A program made the translations under genes and the position numbers. A DNA stretch of 64,000 nt from an uncultured Lentisphaeraceae bacterium (GTDB taxonomy: Bacteria; Verrucomicrobiota; Kiritimatiellia; RFP12; UBA1067): positions 42,677 to 106,676 of the forward strand of contig CAZWQY010000004.1 in assembly GCA_964636295.1 (NCBI GenBank), in the 5' to 3' direction. This document shows positions 1 to 11,435 of the stretch, piece after piece. The notes under the pieces are model-generated. The model was not told the origin of the DNA and did no database searches. It saw only the letters and a list, made by a program, of their open reading frames with translations. Position 1 is the stretch's first letter. Each line of letters begins with the position of its first letter.

Positions 1-20
1 ATTGCCTTCTTGGTAGCCAT
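1..20 (-). CDS. rpsI: 30S ribosomal protein S9, first codons only (gene runs off left edge)
   Basis: ATG at 20..18 reads MATKKA, 15 nt after the rplM stop; conserved rplM-rpsI order. Confidence 0.4.
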
Positions 21-35
21 TTTCTCAGATCCCCC

Positions 36-467
36 TTAGAGCTTGATTTCAACCGGCTTCTGCGCGGCGTGCGTGTGTTCGGCGCCCGCGAAGACCTTCA
101 CGCGCGTCATCATCTTGCGCGCGATGGTGTTCTTCGGGAGCATGCCCCAGACGGCTTCCTTGATCATGCGGTCGGGATGCTTCGCGCGCATCTCGGCGGC
201 CGTGAAACGCTTCAGGCCGTTCCGGTAGCCGGAGTAGCGCTGGTATTCCTTCTGCTCCTCCTTCTTGCCCGTGAGCGCGACGAGCGCGGCATTCGTCACG
301 ATGACGAACGCACCCGCATCGACGGACGGATCGAACGTCGGCAGATCCTTCGCACGGAGCTTGTTGGCGACGACGACGGCGAGACGGCCAAGCGGCTGAT
401 CCTTCGCGTCGATGAGATACCAGGCGCGGTTCTCGCCCGGATTCGGAGCACGATAGCTCTTCTGCAT
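36..467 (-). CDS. rplM: 50S ribosomal protein L13
   Basis: Last 143 codons of ORF 36..845 (MQKSYRAPNPGENRAWYLIDAKDQPLGRLA...) are typical L13; start moved to ATG 467 because the upstream part is Arg/Pro-rich junk. Confidence 0.93.
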   Translation of the reverse strand: MQKSYRAPNPGENRAWYLIDAKDQPLGRLAVVVANKLRAKDLPTFDPSVDAGAFVIVTNAALVALTGKKEEQKEYQRYSGYRNGLKRFTAAEMRAKHPDRMIKEAVWGMLPKNTIARKMMTRVKVFAGAEHTHAAQKPVEIKL

Positions 468-571
468 CTTCTTTTCTCTTTCCTTTTGCGCGGATTTGTG
501 CCCCTTGTCCAGGGTTTTGTCCGCAGTTTTCCAGTCGCCGCCGGTTAGCCCCCGACGACGAAATTTCGTGT

Positions 572-580
572 AGTATATCA
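572..580 (-). promoter_or_regulatory. Candidate extended -10 promoter (TGATATACT) for rplM-rpsI, followed by palindrome ACGAAATTTCGT (558..569) and a ~100 nt leader
   Basis: Motif read on minus strand between the TPR gene stop (610) and rplM start (467). Confidence 0.35.
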
Positions 581-609
581 CAAACGGCCGATTACCCGCA
601 ACCCCCGCC

Positions 610-3150
610 TTACCGTTCAGGCGGGAACGGACGGCCCAAGCCGAGATTCTCGGGATACTCGTTCCGCTGCCGCAACGCGGCGTCCGCCTTCTCGCTGTCG
701 CCGTCCCGCAAGGCCTGCCGCGCCACGCCGGCCCAGGCGTCCTGCCAGATGCCGTGCGCGTTTTCGCCATATTCGGACGGCAGCACATGAATGCCGCGCA
801 AGAAGGCGATGGCCTCGTCGTACTTCTCCAGCCCGCAGAGCGCACGCGCGACGAGGAACTGCAGCGTGTTGTTCTTCGGGTACTGCTTCAGATACGCCTC
901 GCCGAGACGGGTCGCCGTCTGGAAATCCTGTTCTTCCAGGCAATACGACACAAGACCACGCCCCACGCGCCAGGAATCCCCGAAACGGCGAGCCGTCTGA
1001 AGATCCTGCAACCGCTCGGCGCCCGAACGCCGCTGGGCGCGGTAGAGGTAGAACGTCGCCGCGTCGGCATCCGAACACGCCGCCAGCAGACGATCGGCCT
1101 CGGCTTCCTCGCCAAACGCGGCCAGCTGCACGGCCTGCAGATAGGCGAACTTCCACGAAACGCCCGTCTGCGCGGCCCACGCCAACGCGGCGCGCGACTC
1201 CCAGCGGAACGGCATCACCGTATCGACGGACAGCGCGGCCGCCGCCGTCAACGCCTCCCGCGCGCGAGCCGCCTCGCCGAGACAATGGAGCAGATAGGCC
1301 CGACGGATCTGCGCGACCGGATGGGCCGCCGCATAGCCAAAGAGTTCAACGGCCTCCGCAGACAGACCCGCATCCTCATACCAACTGCCAAGCTCCAGAT
1401 ACGTCTGCTCCGGCAGTTCGTTGCGCACCGCCGCGCGGAACGCCGCCTCGTCGAGTTCGCCCCTCAGCTTGGCCTCATAGCGCGCGCCATGGAACAGCGG
1501 CGCCACCGACTGCGCGAACTGCAGAACCTCACGCCCAACGGCCTTGTCGCCCTGCTTCCGCGCACAGACGAGACGAACCAGCCAGGCGTCGAAATTAGTG
1601 CTGCCCGCCTGCAAGGCGCGGAGGGCGTGCGCGTCGGCCGCCTTCCAATCGCCCGCACGAAGGGCGAGCTTGGCCAGCTGAACCTCGGCGGACGCGCGGT
1701 AAAGCGGCGAGAACGCCGCCAGCGTCAGGCGTTCCTTCGCCGTCGGACGGTCGTCCAGCATCCGCGCAGCGAATCCGTCCAGGTAGTTCGCGGCCGGATC
1801 GTACGTATCGACCGCAAGCGCGCGGGCGCAGAAGGCGCGCGCCTGGTCGGGACGGCCGTGGCGGATGGCGAGTTCGGCGAGGGCGTTCAGCGCCGGCGCG
1901 AAGCACGGCTCCTTGGCAAGGCAGTCGTTCAACGCCTGCTCGGCCACGCGGTCGTCGCGGGCGCGGAGCGCCTGTTCGCCACGCCGATAAAGGCCATAGG
2001 CGGACGACCAGTCGAACGACGCCGGCGTGGTCAGCGGACGCTCGACCCAATTGGACGGCGCGCAGTCGGCGGCGAACGCATCCGCCGCGCGCAAAACGCC
2101 CCACTTCTCCTCGAAGGTGTCCGTCGCCCCCGGCGCAAACGTCGGATGCTTGAAGGGTGTCTTGAACGTCTGGCCCTGCGGCTGATGGAAGACGCGGCCG
2201 CTCTGAAGCTCAACGTACTGCCCATCGACGTCCGTCAGCAGGTCTTCCCAGATGCCGCCCGCACGCGACAAGGCCCACAGCCAGATCTTGCGCCCGTACT
2301 TGGTCTCGCCCACGTGATAGGAGCCGAACCCGGCCTCCGGCCACCAGATGCCGAAGAACGCGGGGTTTCCGTTCAAGACGTGATAGGACTTGGAGCCGCC
2401 GAACGCATTGTTGCCATAGACGTGGAGGTCGCGCCCCTTGTCGTCGATCGGCCAGGCGTGCGCGTCGCCCTGATGGCCGATGTAGGACGAGCCGGGGAAG
2501 AGCAGTTCGGGATTCTGCCGCGCCGTATAGGCGGCCGTCATCCACTGGTAGTACGGCTGGGGCAGATGCGAGCCGTTGTACCAGGTCGTCCGCGTCAAGA
2601 AGTAGTCGGCGTCCGGCGGCAGATTGACCTCAACCTGCCATGTCGTGCGGTTGACGTATTCCGTGGCCGACACGAAGCAGCTCACGCTGCCGTCGGGATT
2701 CCGCCGCGTCGCCCAGTCCACGGGCGTCGCCGTCGTGGGCGAGTGGCCGAGGATGCCGAAGTTGAACTCGATGCCGCCCGAACACCACGGCCCGCGCAGG
2801 GCGATGTTGCGGAACTTGACGGCGTGGTTGTAGTAGAGGAACATCCGCCCCGTGCGCTTGTCCTCCGCGCCCCAGACCTTGCCGCCGATTTCGGGCAGGA
2901 GCGTGACCTTGACCTTCTCGTTCTCCAGCACGACGGACGTCCACGTCTGCGTCGTGCACGTGTCCGTCGATCCGTCGTAGCGGAAGTAGGGATAGCGACG
3001 TTCGGCCGAGCACGGCACGGGGTCGGGATCCGAGAACGGATACGTGGGCATCGCAAGCGGCATCACGGACACCGTTGACTCGGACGCGGACGCGACGGAG
3101 CAGAAACCTGCGCCCGCCAAGACGAGGGACAAACGAATAAGACTGTTCAT
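610..3150 (-). CDS. Secreted TPR-repeat protein with DUF5107-like N-terminal domain
   Basis: 846-aa ORF; N-terminal signal peptide MNSLIRLSLVLAGAGFCSVASA; C-terminal half is Ala/Leu-rich TPR-like repeats. Confidence 0.7.
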   Translation of the reverse strand: MNSLIRLSLVLAGAGFCSVASASESTVSVMPLAMPTYPFSDPDPVPCSAERRYPYFRYDGSTDTCTTQTWTSVVLENEKVKVTLLPEIGGKVWGAEDKRTGRMFLYYNHAVKFRNIALRGPWCSGGIEFNFGILGHSPTTATPVDWATRRNPDGSVSCFVSATEYVNRTTWQVEVNLPPDADYFLTRTTWYNGSHLPQPYYQWMTAAYTARQNPELLFPGSSYIGHQGDAHAWPIDDKGRDLHVYGNNAFGGSKSYHVLNGNPAFFGIWWPEAGFGSYHVGETKYGRKIWLWALSRAGGIWEDLLTDVDGQYVELQSGRVFHQPQGQTFKTPFKHPTFAPGATDTFEEKWGVLRAADAFAADCAPSNWVERPLTTPASFDWSSAYGLYRRGEQALRARDDRVAEQALNDCLAKEPCFAPALNALAELAIRHGRPDQARAFCARALAVDTYDPAANYLDGFAARMLDDRPTAKERLTLAAFSPLYRASAEVQLAKLALRAGDWKAADAHALRALQAGSTNFDAWLVRLVCARKQGDKAVGREVLQFAQSVAPLFHGARYEAKLRGELDEAAFRAAVRNELPEQTYLELGSWYEDAGLSAEAVELFGYAAAHPVAQIRRAYLLHCLGEAARAREALTAAAALSVDTVMPFRWESRAALAWAAQTGVSWKFAYLQAVQLAAFGEEAEADRLLAACSDADAATFYLYRAQRRSGAERLQDLQTARRFGDSWRVGRGLVSYCLEEQDFQTATRLGEAYLKQYPKNNTLQFLVARALCGLEKYDEAIAFLRGIHVLPSEYGENAHGIWQDAWAGVARQALRDGDSEKADAALRQRNEYPENLGLGRPFPPER

Positions 3151-3156
3151 AAGCGT

Positions 3157-3165
3157 ATTATAGCA
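3157..3165 (-). promoter_or_regulatory. Extended -10 box TGCTATAAT, 6 nt from ATG of the TPR gene (leaderless-type)
   Basis: Minus strand reads aaaaaaaaTGCTATAATacgcttATG. Confidence 0.5.
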
Positions 3166-3174
3166 TTTTTTTTC

Positions 3175-5166
3175 TCATCTCGTCTTCTTCAGTTCCTTGA
3201 TCTGGTCGCGCAGATACGCCGCGCGCTCGAACTCAAGGTTGTCCGCCGCCTCCAGCATTTCGCGCGTCAGTTCCGCCAGCACCTCGTCCTGCGTCCGTTC
3301 CGCGCCGCGCGCGGACGCCGCCTTGCCGCCCTTCCGCGTCTCCGCCTTTCCGCTCTTGTACACGTACGCCGACTCGTTGATCGCGCGCTTGACGGAATGC
3401 GGCACGATGCCATGCGCCGCATTGTAGGCCATCTGCTTCTCGCGGTGCGCCTTCGTGATGCGCAGGAGGTCGCGGATCGCATCCGTCTTGTGGTCGCAGT
3501 AGAGGATGACGCGCCCCTTCTCATGCCGCGCCGTGCGGCCCGCCGTCTGCACAAGCGACGTCGTCGAGCGCAAGAAGCCCTCCTTGTCCGCGTCGAGAAT
3601 CGCGACGAGCGCGACCTCCGGCAAGTCCAGTCCCTCGCGCAGGAGGTTGATGCCCACCAGGACGTCGAACTCGCCCTTGCGCAGCCGCTGGAGGATCGAG
3701 ACGCGCTCAATCGCGTCAATGTCCGAATGCAGGTACTCGACGCGAATGCCCGCCTCGTGCAGGTAGTGCGTGAGGTCTTCGGACGACCGCTTCGTGAGCG
3801 TCGTCACGAACACGCGGTCGCCGCCCTTCACGACGCGATCGATCTCGCCGATGAGATCGTCGACCTGGTTCTTGAGCGGACGCAGCTCGATCTCCGGGTC
3901 GAGCAGTCCCGTCGGACGAATCACCTGCTCGGCGACGGTCTGCGACTGGGCGTACTCGTAGTCGCCCGGCGTCGCCGAACAGTAGACGACCTGCTTCACC
4001 TTCGCGTTGAACTCGTCGAACGTGAGCGGACGGTTGTCCTTCGCGCTCGGCAGGCGGAAGCCGTAGTCCACGAGCTTCGACTTGCGCGCCTGGTCGCCGT
4101 TGTACATGGCGCGGATCTGCGGGACCGAGACGTGGCTCTCGTCGATGATGGTCAGGAAGTCGTCCGGAAAATAGTCGATGAGGCATTCGCCCGCCGTGCC
4201 CGGCGCACGCCCCGTCAGCGGACGCGAGTAGTTCTCGATGCCGTTGCAGTAGCCGAGTTCGCGCATCATCTCGACGTCGTACTCCGTGCGCTCCTTGAGC
4301 CGCTGCGCCTCCAGGAGTTTGCCGTTCGCCGCGAAGAACTTCAGCCGTTCGTCCAGTTCCGCCTCGATTCGCGCGAACGCGGCCTCGAACCGGTCCTTGC
4401 CCATGACGAACTGCTTCGCGGGCGTGATGACGACGGCCGGCATCGAAACGCCGCATTTTTCCGTCAGCGGATCCAGCTCGCGAATCGAATCGATCTCGTC
4501 GCCGAAGAACTCGATGCGCACGGCCTTCGTCTCGTAGGCCGGGAAGACGTCGAGGACGTCGCCGCGCACGCGAAACGTCCCCGGCGCGAAGTCGTAGTCG
4601 TTGCGGACATACTGCGCCTCGACCAGCCGCGCGATCACGGCGGAACGCGACGGCGGGGCGTCCGACGACGCCTGGGACGTCGAGATGCGCACGGCGAGGT
4701 CGCGGTACTCGTCCGATTCGCCGAGTCCGTAGATGCAGCTCACCGACGAGACGACGATCACGTCGCGCCGCGCAATGAGGGCATTCGTCGCCGCGAGACG
4801 GTAGCGCTCGATCTCCTCGTTGATTGCCGCGTCCTTCTCGATGTACGTGTCCGTCTGCGGAATGTACGCCTCCGGCTGGTAGTAGTCGTAGTAGCTGATG
4901 AAGTACTCGACGGCGTTCTCCGGAAAGAACTCCTTGAGTTCGGCGAAGAGCTGCGCGGCGAGCGTCTTGTTGTGGGACAGGATGAGCGTCGGACGGCCCC
5001 ACCGCTGGATGAGGTTCGCCATCGTGAACGTCTTGCCCGACCCGGTCACGCCCCGCAGGACGAGCCGGTCGTCGCCGCGCTTCAGGCCGTCCAGCAGCGA
5101 CTGGATCGCCTCCGGCTGGTCGCCCGTCGGCCTGAACTTCGACTTGAGGGAGAAAAGGCTTTTCAT
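3175..5166 (-). CDS. uvrB: Excinuclease ABC subunit B
   Basis: [25 protein letters not shown]..., Walker [10 protein letters not shown]-terminal UVR motif; start moved from 5253 to ATG 5166. Confidence 0.95.
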   Translation of the reverse strand: MKSLFSLKSKFRPTGDQPEAIQSLLDGLKRGDDRLVLRGVTGSGKTFTMANLIQRWGRPTLILSHNKTLAAQLFAELKEFFPENAVEYFISYYDYYQPEAYIPQTDTYIEKDAAINEEIERYRLAATNALIARRDVIVVSSVSCIYGLGESDEYRDLAVRISTSQASSDAPPSRSAVIARLVEAQYVRNDYDFAPGTFRVRGDVLDVFPAYETKAVRIEFFGDEIDSIRELDPLTEKCGVSMPAVVITPAKQFVMGKDRFEAAFARIEAELDERLKFFAANGKLLEAQRLKERTEYDVEMMRELGYCNGIENYSRPLTGRAPGTAGECLIDYFPDDFLTIIDESHVSVPQIRAMYNGDQARKSKLVDYGFRLPSAKDNRPLTFDEFNAKVKQVVYCSATPGDYEYAQSQTVAEQVIRPTGLLDPEIELRPLKNQVDDLIGEIDRVVKGGDRVFVTTLTKRSSEDLTHYLHEAGIRVEYLHSDIDAIERVSILQRLRKGEFDVLVGINLLREGLDLPEVALVAILDADKEGFLRSTTSLVQTAGRTARHEKGRVILYCDHKTDAIRDLLRITKAHREKQMAYNAAHGIVPHSVKRAINESAYVYKSGKAETRKGGKAASARGAERTQDEVLAELTREMLEAADNLEFERAAYLRDQIKELKKTR

Positions 5167-5192
5167 GTCGCGTTGCGCACCACCCGCGCCAG

Positions 5193-5232
5193 ACAAAAGA
5201 AGACGCCCGGAGAATGCTCCACGGGCGTCTTC
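5193..5232 (-). terminator. Intrinsic terminator after groEL
   Basis: Minus strand GAAGACGCCCG-12 nt loop-CGGGCGTCTTC followed by TTTTGTCT. Confidence 0.75.
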
Positions 5233-5257
5233 CTTGTCCGGCCGAAGCCGCATCGGC

Positions 5258-7205
<1,948 letters not shown>

Positions 7206-7266
7206 TTTTCTTGTTTCCTTTCGGTTTTCGGTTGTAGAGTGTTGTGTCATCAATCCGCCGCGCGCC

Positions 7267-9201
7267 TTACTTCATCGTGAAGTCGGCGTCGACGACATCG
7301 TCGCCGTCCTTCTTGCCGTCGCCCTTCGGCGGCTCGCTGTTCGGCGGCGGCGTGCCGGCGGAAGCGCCGGAGTTCGCGCCGGCCGCGCCCTGCTGGGCCT
7401 GGGCCGAGGCGTACATCTCCTGCGCGACGGGCTCCATCGCCTTCATGAGCGCCTCCTGCTTCGCCTTGATGTCGGCGATCGGTGCCGGCGGCTGCTTGGC
7501 GAGCAAGTCCTTGAGCTCCTTGAGCGCGGCCTCAACCGGCGCCTTCTTGTCGGCGGCGATCTTGTCGCCTGCGTCCTTCAGCGTCTTCTCGACTTGGAAG
7601 GCCAGCCCGTCGGCCTTGTTGCGGTCTTCGACTTCGGCATGGCGCTTCTCGTCCTCGGCCGCATGGGCCTCGGCGTCCTTGCGCATCTTCTCGATCTCCT
7701 CCTTCGAGAGGCCGCCCGCCGCCGTGATCGTGATCTTCTGCTCCTTCTGGGTGCCGAGATCCTTCGCCGAGACGTTGAGGATGCCGTTGGCGTCGATGTC
7801 GAACGTGACCTCGATCTGCGGGACGCCGCGCGGCGCCGGCGGAATGCCGTCCAGGTTGAAGTTGCCGAGCGCCTTGTTGTCGCGCGCCATCTTGCGGTCG
7901 CCCTGGAAGATCGCGATCGTCACGGCCGACTGGTTGTCCGCCGCCGTCGAGAAGACCTGCGACTTCTTCGTCGGAATCGTCGTGTTCCGCTCGATGAGCG
8001 GGGTCAGCACGCCGCCCAGCGTCTCGATGCCGAGCGTCAGCGGCGTCACGTCGAGCAGCAGCACGTCCTTCACCTCGCCCTTCAGGATGCCGCCCTGGAT
8101 GGCCGCGCCCATCGCGACGACCTCGTCCGGGTTGACGCCCTTGTGCGGCTCGCGGCCGAAGAGGCTCTTCGCCTTCTCCTGGATGAGCGGCATGCGCGTC
8201 TGGCCGCCGACAAGCACGACCTCGTCAACCGTCGAGAGCTCCGCGTCGGCCATGCACTTGCGGCACGGATCCGCCGTGCGGTTCACGAGATCCATCGTCA
8301 GCGTCTCGAGCTTCTGCTTCGTGAGCGTCGCCGTCAGGTGCTTCGGACCCGTCGCGTCCGCCGTGATGAACGGCAGATTGATGTCGTAGGTCGTCGCCGT
8401 CGACAGCGCGCACTTCGCCTTCTCGGCCTCCTCCTTCAGGCGCTGGAGGGCCATCATGTCGTTGCCGAGGTCAATGCCCTGCTGGGCCTTGAAGTCCTCG
8501 ATCATCCACTTCATGATCGCCTGGTCGAGGTCGTCGCCGCCGAGATGCGTGTCGCCGTTCGTCGCCTTCACCTCGAAGACGCCGTCGCCGATGTCGAGGA
8601 CCGAAATGTCGAACGTGCCGCCGCCGAAGTCGTAGACCGCGATCTTCTCGTTCTTCTTCTTGTCGAGGCCGTAGGCGAGCGACGCCGCCGTCGGCTCGTT
8701 CACGATGCGCTTGACGTCGAGGCCCGCGATCTTGCCCGCGTCCTTCGTCGCCTGACGCTGCTGGTCGTTGAAGTACGCCGGCACCGTGATGACGGCCTCC
8801 GTGATCTTCTCGCCCAGGAACGCCTCCGCGTCTTCCTTCAGCTTGCGCAAGACCATCGCGGAAATCTCCTGCGCCGTGTAGACCTTGTCGTTCACCTTCA
8901 CGGCCGCATCGCCGTTCGGTGCCGCGACGACCTCGTACGGGACCATCTTGATCTCGTCCGTCATCTCGCTGAACCGGCGGCCAATGAACCGCTTGATCGA
9001 ATAGATCGTCGACTTCGGGTTCGTCACGGCCTGACGCTTCGCCGCCTGGCCGACCAGGATCTCGCCCGTCTTCGTGAACGCCACGATCGACGGCGTCGTC
9101 CGCGCACCCTCCTTGTTCGGGATGACCGTCGCCTCGCCGCCCTCCATCACCGCCATGCAGCTGTTCGTCGTGCCAAGGTCAATTCCAAGTACTTTTGCCA
9201 T
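7267..9201 (-). CDS. dnaK: Molecular chaperone DnaK (Hsp70)
   Basis: 644 aa, [29 protein letters not shown]... Confidence 0.98.
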   Translation of the reverse strand: MAKVLGIDLGTTNSCMAVMEGGEATVIPNKEGARTTPSIVAFTKTGEILVGQAAKRQAVTNPKSTIYSIKRFIGRRFSEMTDEIKMVPYEVVAAPNGDAAVKVNDKVYTAQEISAMVLRKLKEDAEAFLGEKITEAVITVPAYFNDQQRQATKDAGKIAGLDVKRIVNEPTAASLAYGLDKKKNEKIAVYDFGGGTFDISVLDIGDGVFEVKATNGDTHLGGDDLDQAIMKWMIEDFKAQQGIDLGNDMMALQRLKEEAEKAKCALSTATTYDINLPFITADATGPKHLTATLTKQKLETLTMDLVNRTADPCRKCMADAELSTVDEVVLVGGQTRMPLIQEKAKSLFGREPHKGVNPDEVVAMGAAIQGGILKGEVKDVLLLDVTPLTLGIETLGGVLTPLIERNTTIPTKKSQVFSTAADNQSAVTIAIFQGDRKMARDNKALGNFNLDGIPPAPRGVPQIEVTFDIDANGILNVSAKDLGTQKEQKITITAAGGLSKEEIEKMRKDAEAHAAEDEKRHAEVEDRNKADGLAFQVEKTLKDAGDKIAADKKAPVEAALKELKDLLAKQPPAPIADIKAKQEALMKAMEPVAQEMYASAQAQQGAAGANSGASAGTPPPNSEPPKGDGKKDGDDVVDADFTMK

Positions 9202-9250
9202 AGTGTATTCTCAACTTTCTTTCGCCCACCATGGGCGACGCCAAATTTCT

Positions 9251-9266
9251 TGCAAATGCCGTGCCA
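9251..9266 (-). promoter_or_regulatory. Sigma54-type -24/-12 element (TGGCACGGCATTTGCA) upstream of dnaK; overlaps a weaker sigma32-like pair (TTGCAAG 9249..9255, CCCATGGT 9228..9235)
   Basis: Minus strand reads cTGGCACGgcatTTGCAag about 50 nt upstream of the dnaK ATG; matches YTGGCACGrNNNTTGCW. Confidence 0.5.
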
Positions 9267-9293
9267 GCATCTGCGCACGAGCCGCCCACAAGC

Positions 9294-9329
9294 AAGTGGG
9301 ACATTCTGTCGCGACAGAATGTCCCACTT
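9294..9329. repeat. Perfect 36-bp palindrome AAGTGGGACATTCTGTCGC/GCGACAGAATGTCCCACTT
   Basis: Read directly; lies 55 nt downstream of the uraA stop and ~45 nt upstream of the sigma54-like box; no flanking T-tract on either strand. Confidence 0.9.
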
Positions 9330-9383
9330 TCGCTCACGCCGCCGCGCCTGGACGAATTCGCCTAGGCCGGTCGCCACGCCGCG

Positions 9384-10820
9384 CTAGGGCGCGACGGCTG
9401 CCTCCGCGCCGCTCTCGGACTTGACGCCGCCCCAGCGATCCGCGTCCTTGATCGACGAGTCGGTCTCCGAGAACCGGAAGTCCTTGCCCGGAAGAATCGC
9501 ATTGAGGAGGATGCCCGTGAGCGCACCGACCGCAAGGCCCGACAGCGCGAAGTTGACGCCGCCCACGGCAAACTTGACCGCCCCCGCCTTCGAGAACGAA
9601 ATGCCGAGCGTGAGGACGAGAATGATGGCCGCAATCAGCATGTTGCGCGACTTGCCGAGATCGACCCGCGACTCGACGAGGTTGCGGACGCCGACCGCCG
9701 AAATCATCCCGTAGAGGACAAACGAGACGCCGCCGATCGTCGCGCCGGGAATCGTGCCGATGAACGCGGAGAACTTCGGACAGAACGAGACGAGAATCGC
9801 AAGGACGGCCGCAATGCGGATGACGCGCGGGTCATAGACCTTCGAAAGCGAGAGGACGCCCGTGTTCTCGCCGTACGTCGTGTTCGCCGGCGCGCCGAAA
9901 AGCGAGGCGAGGCACGTCGCGAGGCCATCGCCCAGCATCGTGCGGTGCAACCCCGGCTCCTTGAAATAGTTGCGCCCCACCGTCGAGCTGATCGCCGAGA
10001 CGTCGCCGACATGCTCCATGATCGTCGCGAAGGCCAGCGGCACGATGATCGCGAGCGACGTGACGACCAGTCCCATGTCCGGATTCGCGAAAATCGGGAA
10101 GACCGTGTTGTTCCAGCGGACGGGCAACCCCACCCACGCGGCGTTCGCGACGCCCGCATAGTCGATCGCCGCCGCCCAGCCGGCCAGCCCCATGAGGTAG
10201 GCGGCCGCATACGAGAAGATGACGCCCATCAGAATCGGAATAATCCTGAACATGCCGCGCCCCCAGACCGAGAAGGCAATCACCGTCGCGATCGCGACGA
10301 GCGCAATTGGCCAGGACGCCTCGCAGCTGTTGACCGCGACCGGCGAGAGGACAAGCCCGATGCCGATGATGATCGGGCCGGTGACGACCGGCGGAAAGTA
10401 TTTCATCACCGTCTTCACGCCACAGGCCTTGACGAAGCCCGCGACAATGAAGTAGATGACGGACGACGTCGCGACGCCGATGCAGGCGTACTGGAGCGCG
10501 ACCGGCTTCGTGAGCGTCTCGTAGCCCGCCGACCCGGCCAGGCCCGTGAGGGCGAAATAGCCCGCCAGATAGGCAAACGACGAACCGAGGAACGCCGGCA
10601 CCATCCGCTTCGTGAGGAAATGGAAGAGAAGCGTGCCAAGGCCCGCCCAGAGAAGCGTCGCGGACGGCGAAAGCCCCGTCAGAATCGGCACGAGAATCGT
10701 CGCGCCGAACATCGCGAACATGTGCTGAACGCCAAGGACGCCCATCTTCGGTAGCCCCAGCGCACGCGCGTCGTAAATGCCGCCTTTGTCAAGGACGGCC
10801 GCGTTCTTTTTGTTGTTCAT
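9384..10820 (-). CDS. uraA: Uracil/xanthine permease (NCS2 family)
   Basis: GVLGVQHMFAMFGATILVPILTG motif, multi-TM; start placed at ATG 10820 (MNNKKNAAVLD) because the 10844 start lies inside the CCATTCGA repeat. Confidence 0.85.
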   Translation of the reverse strand: MNNKKNAAVLDKGGIYDARALGLPKMGVLGVQHMFAMFGATILVPILTGLSPSATLLWAGLGTLLFHFLTKRMVPAFLGSSFAYLAGYFALTGLAGSAGYETLTKPVALQYACIGVATSSVIYFIVAGFVKACGVKTVMKYFPPVVTGPIIIGIGLVLSPVAVNSCEASWPIALVAIATVIAFSVWGRGMFRIIPILMGVIFSYAAAYLMGLAGWAAAIDYAGVANAAWVGLPVRWNNTVFPIFANPDMGLVVTSLAIIVPLAFATIMEHVGDVSAISSTVGRNYFKEPGLHRTMLGDGLATCLASLFGAPANTTYGENTGVLSLSKVYDPRVIRIAAVLAILVSFCPKFSAFIGTIPGATIGGVSFVLYGMISAVGVRNLVESRVDLGKSRNMLIAAIILVLTLGISFSKAGAVKFAVGGVNFALSGLAVGALTGILLNAILPGKDFRFSETDSSIKDADRWGGVKSESGAEAAVAP

Positions 10821-10832
10821 AAGGATTGGTTT

Positions 10833-10860
10833 GATTTCGACCATTCGATTATTTCTCTCT
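10833..10860. repeat. Short CCATTCGA-family 8-nt array (GATTTCGA CCATTCGA TTATTTCT CTCT) between apt and uraA
   Basis: Shares CGACCATTCGATTATTTCT with the array at 27075..27092. Confidence 0.7.
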
Positions 10861-11399
10861 TACTTCCCCTCATACTTCACGAACGTCGCGACGTCGTAGT
10901 CCTTGAGCGCGTTCGCCCGCGCGGCGAAGCCCGCGAGTTCGATCGGAAAGATCATCTTCACGACGATGCCGCCCAGCCGTTCGACGAGCTTCGCCGCCGC
11001 GCGCGCCGTGCCGCCCGTCGCCAGAAGGTCGTCCACGATCACGACGCGCTGGCCCGGCTTCACGGCATCGGCGTGCATATGAAGCTCGGCCTTGCCGTAT
11101 TCGAGGTCATACGCCTCGGAAATCGTCTCGCGCGGAAGCTTGCCCGGCTTGCGGATCGGCACGAACGCCGTCCGGAAACGGTCGGCGAGCGCGGCGCCAA
11201 AGATAAAGCCGCGCGATTCCGGCGCGGCCACAAGGTCGAATTCACAGTCGGCGAGAAGACCCGTCGCACGGTCAAGGACGAGCTGAAAGCCGTCCGGCGA
11301 CTCGAGAATCCCCGTCACGTCGCGAAACAGGACGCCCGCCTTCGGGAAGTCCGGAATCGCCCTGACGTAGTCGTTCAACTTCTTCATTTCGAATTTCAA
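10860..11399 (-). CDS. apt: Adenine phosphoribosyltransferase
   Basis: 179 aa; IPDFPKAGVLFRDVT and VVIVDDLLATGGT PRPP-binding motifs. Confidence 0.93.
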   Translation of the reverse strand: MKFEMKKLNDYVRAIPDFPKAGVLFRDVTGILESPDGFQLVLDRATGLLADCEFDLVAAPESRGFIFGAALADRFRTAFVPIRKPGKLPRETISEAYDLEYGKAELHMHADAVKPGQRVVIVDDLLATGGTARAAAKLVERLGGIVVKMIFPIELAGFAARANALKDYDVATFVKYEGK

Positions 11400-11435
11400 A
11401 GAATTATGCCATAAGCCCCTGGCGCCGTTCGGCGG

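Noticed and set aside
754-3078. 774-aa plus-strand ORF, and similar very long ORFs: 3397..5337 (+), 4898..6901 (+), 6970..9387 (+), 12932..14776 (+), 21587..23806 (-), 27842..29194 (-), 45816..47444 (+), 50400..53405 (+), 52939..56283 (+), 56728..58185 (+)
   Set aside because: All are antisense or out of frame to genes with unmistakable homology (TPR protein, uvrB, groEL, dnaK, recJ, aroF/pheA, wecE, dcm/rnfA, addA/addB, ychF). They are extremely Arg/Ala/Pro/Gly-rich, the usual stop-codon-poor artefact of GC-rich DNA.
9294-9329. The palindrome upstream of dnaK as a CIRCE (HrcA) or HAIR (HspR) operator
   Set aside because: The sequence AAGTGGGACATTCTGTC... does not resemble TTAGCACTC-N9-GAGTGCTAA or CTTGAGT-N7-ACTCAAG. 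It is kept only as an unassigned palindrome (possible EBP or repressor site, or a T-tract-less terminator).
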